The translations under genes and the position numbers were made by a program. A stretch of DNA of 64,000 bases, from NCBI RefSeq assembly GCF_030144855.1, contig NC_082722.1, forward strand, positions 12,214,001-12,278,000, written 5' to 3'. Positions 61,473 through 64,000 of this stretch are shown here, piece by piece. The DNA is from Hypanus sabinus (Eukaryota). Below the pieces are notes generated by a model. The model worked only from the letters and a program-made list of their open reading frames with translations, did not search any database and had not been told where the DNA came from. Each line of letters starts with the position of its first letter. Positions within the stretch are counted from its first letter, which is position 1.

Positions 61473-64000
61473 TGCCGAATTGCACGTTCCACCTGGGATG
61501 CAAAATAAGAGGACAGTGACTATTGTCTCATGGAGACACGTGAAAAGCCCTCGGGCAAGGTGGGCTGGTTGAGAGAGAGATTGCATCATCCCAACCTGAT
61601 TGACACCTGCGACCCTGTGAGGAAGTATAAAGGAGGGTCTCAGGGGGACAGCCCCTTCAGACGCACCAAGAAGACACGAGAGTGATCCCGCCGTAGTGGG
61701 AAGCCATTTTGAAGGAAGCCACGTGCGTTAGATTCCGGGATTGGAATTTGTGGCTGGAATCACGGAAAACCGCTTTTAACTAACATCGGGGAGAGGGAAC
61801 CAACGTTCCCCCGATTCCACGGAAGCTTCATAAAGACCCGGCAAGTTTTTTTTCTCTTCTCCCCCAATCTCTCTCTCTCGGTCGCCCCACGTGAAACCCA
61901 GCGATTTGGAGCCTGCAAACTTCTGAGTGACTTTTATATTTCCAACCGACAAATCTATTAACCCCTAGACAACAGTAGAGCTCACTTCTTAATGATGATT
62001 ATTACTATACCCGCACTTTAGATTGAGTATTGATGACGTGCATTATCTGAATGTTCGTATTAACCTCACTTTTGTGCCCCTTTATAAATAAAAACGTTTG
62101 AAAATAGTGACATCAGACTTCAACGGACATCTCTATCTTTGCTGGTAAGTTATCCAGTTACAGGATACGTAACAACTTGGGTTTCTTGTCTCGGGATTTG
62201 ACGCCGAATTGGGAGGCCAGTGAATCGGGCTTGTAAGTCCAAAACGTGAATCTGGTTATGCGGGTAGCCAGACGGGAAACCAGCAAAGATGGACGTGGGT
62301 GAATTTATGAAAAACCCGACTATGGAGGTGCTAGAGGCGGCCACCAAATCAGACTTGTTAAATTTAGCGAAGGGGTTGAACCTCGCAGAAGTGAGGTCGT
62401 CCATGAAAAAGCGGGAGGTGCGAAGGGCCAAAACTCAGTATTACGTTGGGAAGAATGTGTTTGAAGATGAGGTATTGGAAGATATCCCTGAAATGGTACC
62501 ATCAAGTGGGACGGTTCAGTTAGAGGTGGAGAAATTAAGGCTGGAACATGAAATTAAGTTAAAAGAGCTGGAAGTGGCTGAGAGGCAAAGACAGCATGAA
62601 ATTCAGTTAAAGGAGCTAGAAGCAGTCGAGAAAGAGAAAGAACGGGCCGAGAAAGAGAGGCAGAGGCAACATGACCGGGAAATTGAGAAGATGAGGAACG
62701 AGCGAAGAGATCAAGGGTTAGACTGAGCGGAGTGGTTTAATGTTAGTAGGGAGTTGAGATTGGTGCCCCCGTTCGAGGAGACAGATGTCGATAGTTATTT
62801 CTTGCTTTTTGAAAAGGTGGCAGTAAATCAGAAGTGGCCAAAAGAGCAGTGGATGGCGTTGTTACAAAGTATGTTAAAGGGGAAGGCCCAACGAGCATAT
62901 GCGGCATTGTCTCTGGAAGAGGGAGAAGCGGAGGATTATGATGAGGTAAAGGAGGCCATTCTCTGGACTTACGAATTGGTCCCTGAGGCCTATAGACAAA
63001 AGTTTAGAAATTTAAGGAAAGGGTGGAATCAAACGTATACCGAGCTAGCCCATGAGAAGGGGGTGCTCTTGGACCGTTGGTGCACCGCGGAAAGGGTGGA
63101 CGAGGATTATGGGCGTCTCAGGGAGTTACTTTTGATTGAGGAATTTAAAAGTTGTGTTCTGGAGGAGATTCGGATGTATTTGAATGAGAAGCCAGTTAAG
63201 TCCATGTCAGAATTTGCTAGGTTTGCGGACGAATATGTCCTAACCCACAAGACAAAGACTTCCTCGAATAAAGGTCCCCAGAGAGACCGTGGGAACGATC
63301 GAGAAAGTCCGACGAGTGAGGCAGAGGTCCCACCGGGAGCTAGCGGTAAGGTTGAGGGGGAAAGGCAAGATGGCCAGAGGTTTCCGGGTTTGACCTGTTT
63401 TAATTGTGGAAAGGAGGGGCATATTGCATCTCAATGCTTTGCTCCGAGAAAAGAGATAGGAAGAGGGAAAGCCGCAGTCCCTATCGGGTGTGCCATGGTA
63501 ATCAGTAAATCGACCAGAGAGCCAAGGGTAGACTGAGTACGAGAAGGCTCTGAGAGTTGTCTGTCACACGGAACCGTGTCTGTGACGGAGGGAGACACAC
63601 CAGTTCCCGTACGAATCTGGAGAGAAACAGGAGCTGAACTGTCTCTGATTAGCCATAAGGTACTAGAATTTGGTCGGAAAACGGGCATGGTAAAGGTGGA
63701 AGGAATAAATGAAAGGATAGAAATGGTGTCCTTATGTAAGGTCATTCTGGATTGTGAGCTGGTGTATGGATCAGTTGAAATAGGGGTGCCATCAGAATTC
63801 CCGAGAGCTGACGTGGACATCCTGCTGGGAAACGACTTAGCAGGGGGTAAGGTTTGGTCAGCAATGCTGCCGACCTGCTGACCGGTGAGTGTGGTGGCCC
63901 CGCCCCTAGCGCCCAAGGACTATCTCGCAGGCGTGGTCACTCGCAGCATGTCGAGAGAGGCAGCTGAGAACGAGAGCAGTTTAAATCTGGCCAGTTTTGA
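61352..64000 (+). mobile_element. Second Gmr1-like Gypsy element (runs off window): LTR 61352..62174, PBS, gag, protease
   Basis: TGTTATG...CGTAACA LTR; gag 62289..63536 with one stop, SCAN-like YELVPEAYRQKFR, CFNCGKEGHIASQC; protease RETGAELSLI (catalytic D appears mutated to E). Confidence 0.9.
61435..61470. repeat. (GA)n microsatellite inside the LTR
   Basis: About 18 GA units. Confidence 0.95.

Noticed and set aside
1-64000. CRISPR array, rRNA or tRNA genes, bacterial operons
   Set aside because: No regularly spaced repeats or RNA-gene signatures seen; the recurrent gatgctg/cagcatc motif belongs to dispersed Penelope-derived copies.

Overview
Eukaryotic genomic DNA, most likely a cartilaginous fish (inferred from the CR1, Rex/Babar, V-SINE and Penelope repeat set). 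No prokaryotic features or CRISPR arrays. Two spliced, convergently transcribed, paralogous immunoglobulin-superfamily genes can be assembled by hand. Gene A is on + (554..3404, cytoplasmic exon unresolved) and gene B is on - (53143..33661, predicted 323 aa). Each has leader, V-set exon with germline-joined J-like GxG strand, C1-set exon and TM exon, with all introns phase 1 and no RSS seen. They look like non-rearranging antigen-receptor-like (VJ-C1) molecules, possibly a paired-receptor set: A has a Lys in its TM, while B has a neutral TM and a Lys-rich tail. Most of the rest is decayed mobile DNA: CR1, Rex/Babar, L1 and Tx1 LINEs, a Buster-type hAT transposon with nested insertions, two Gmr1-like Gypsy elements with SCAN-like gag, and a Gypsy/retroviral-type integrase followed by an env-like membrane ORF. 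The strongest hidden structure is a family of about 10 Penelope-derived pieces, about 8 of which retain all or part of a minimal type I hammerhead ribozyme (reconstructed consensus AGUC-CUGAYGA-A-GGGUCUCGGCCC-GAA-ACGU-C^GACU). Four of these insertions have 13-17 bp target-site duplications and several form inverted structures. All coordinates were read by eye; repeat boundaries are approximate unless a TSD or terminal motif is quoted.
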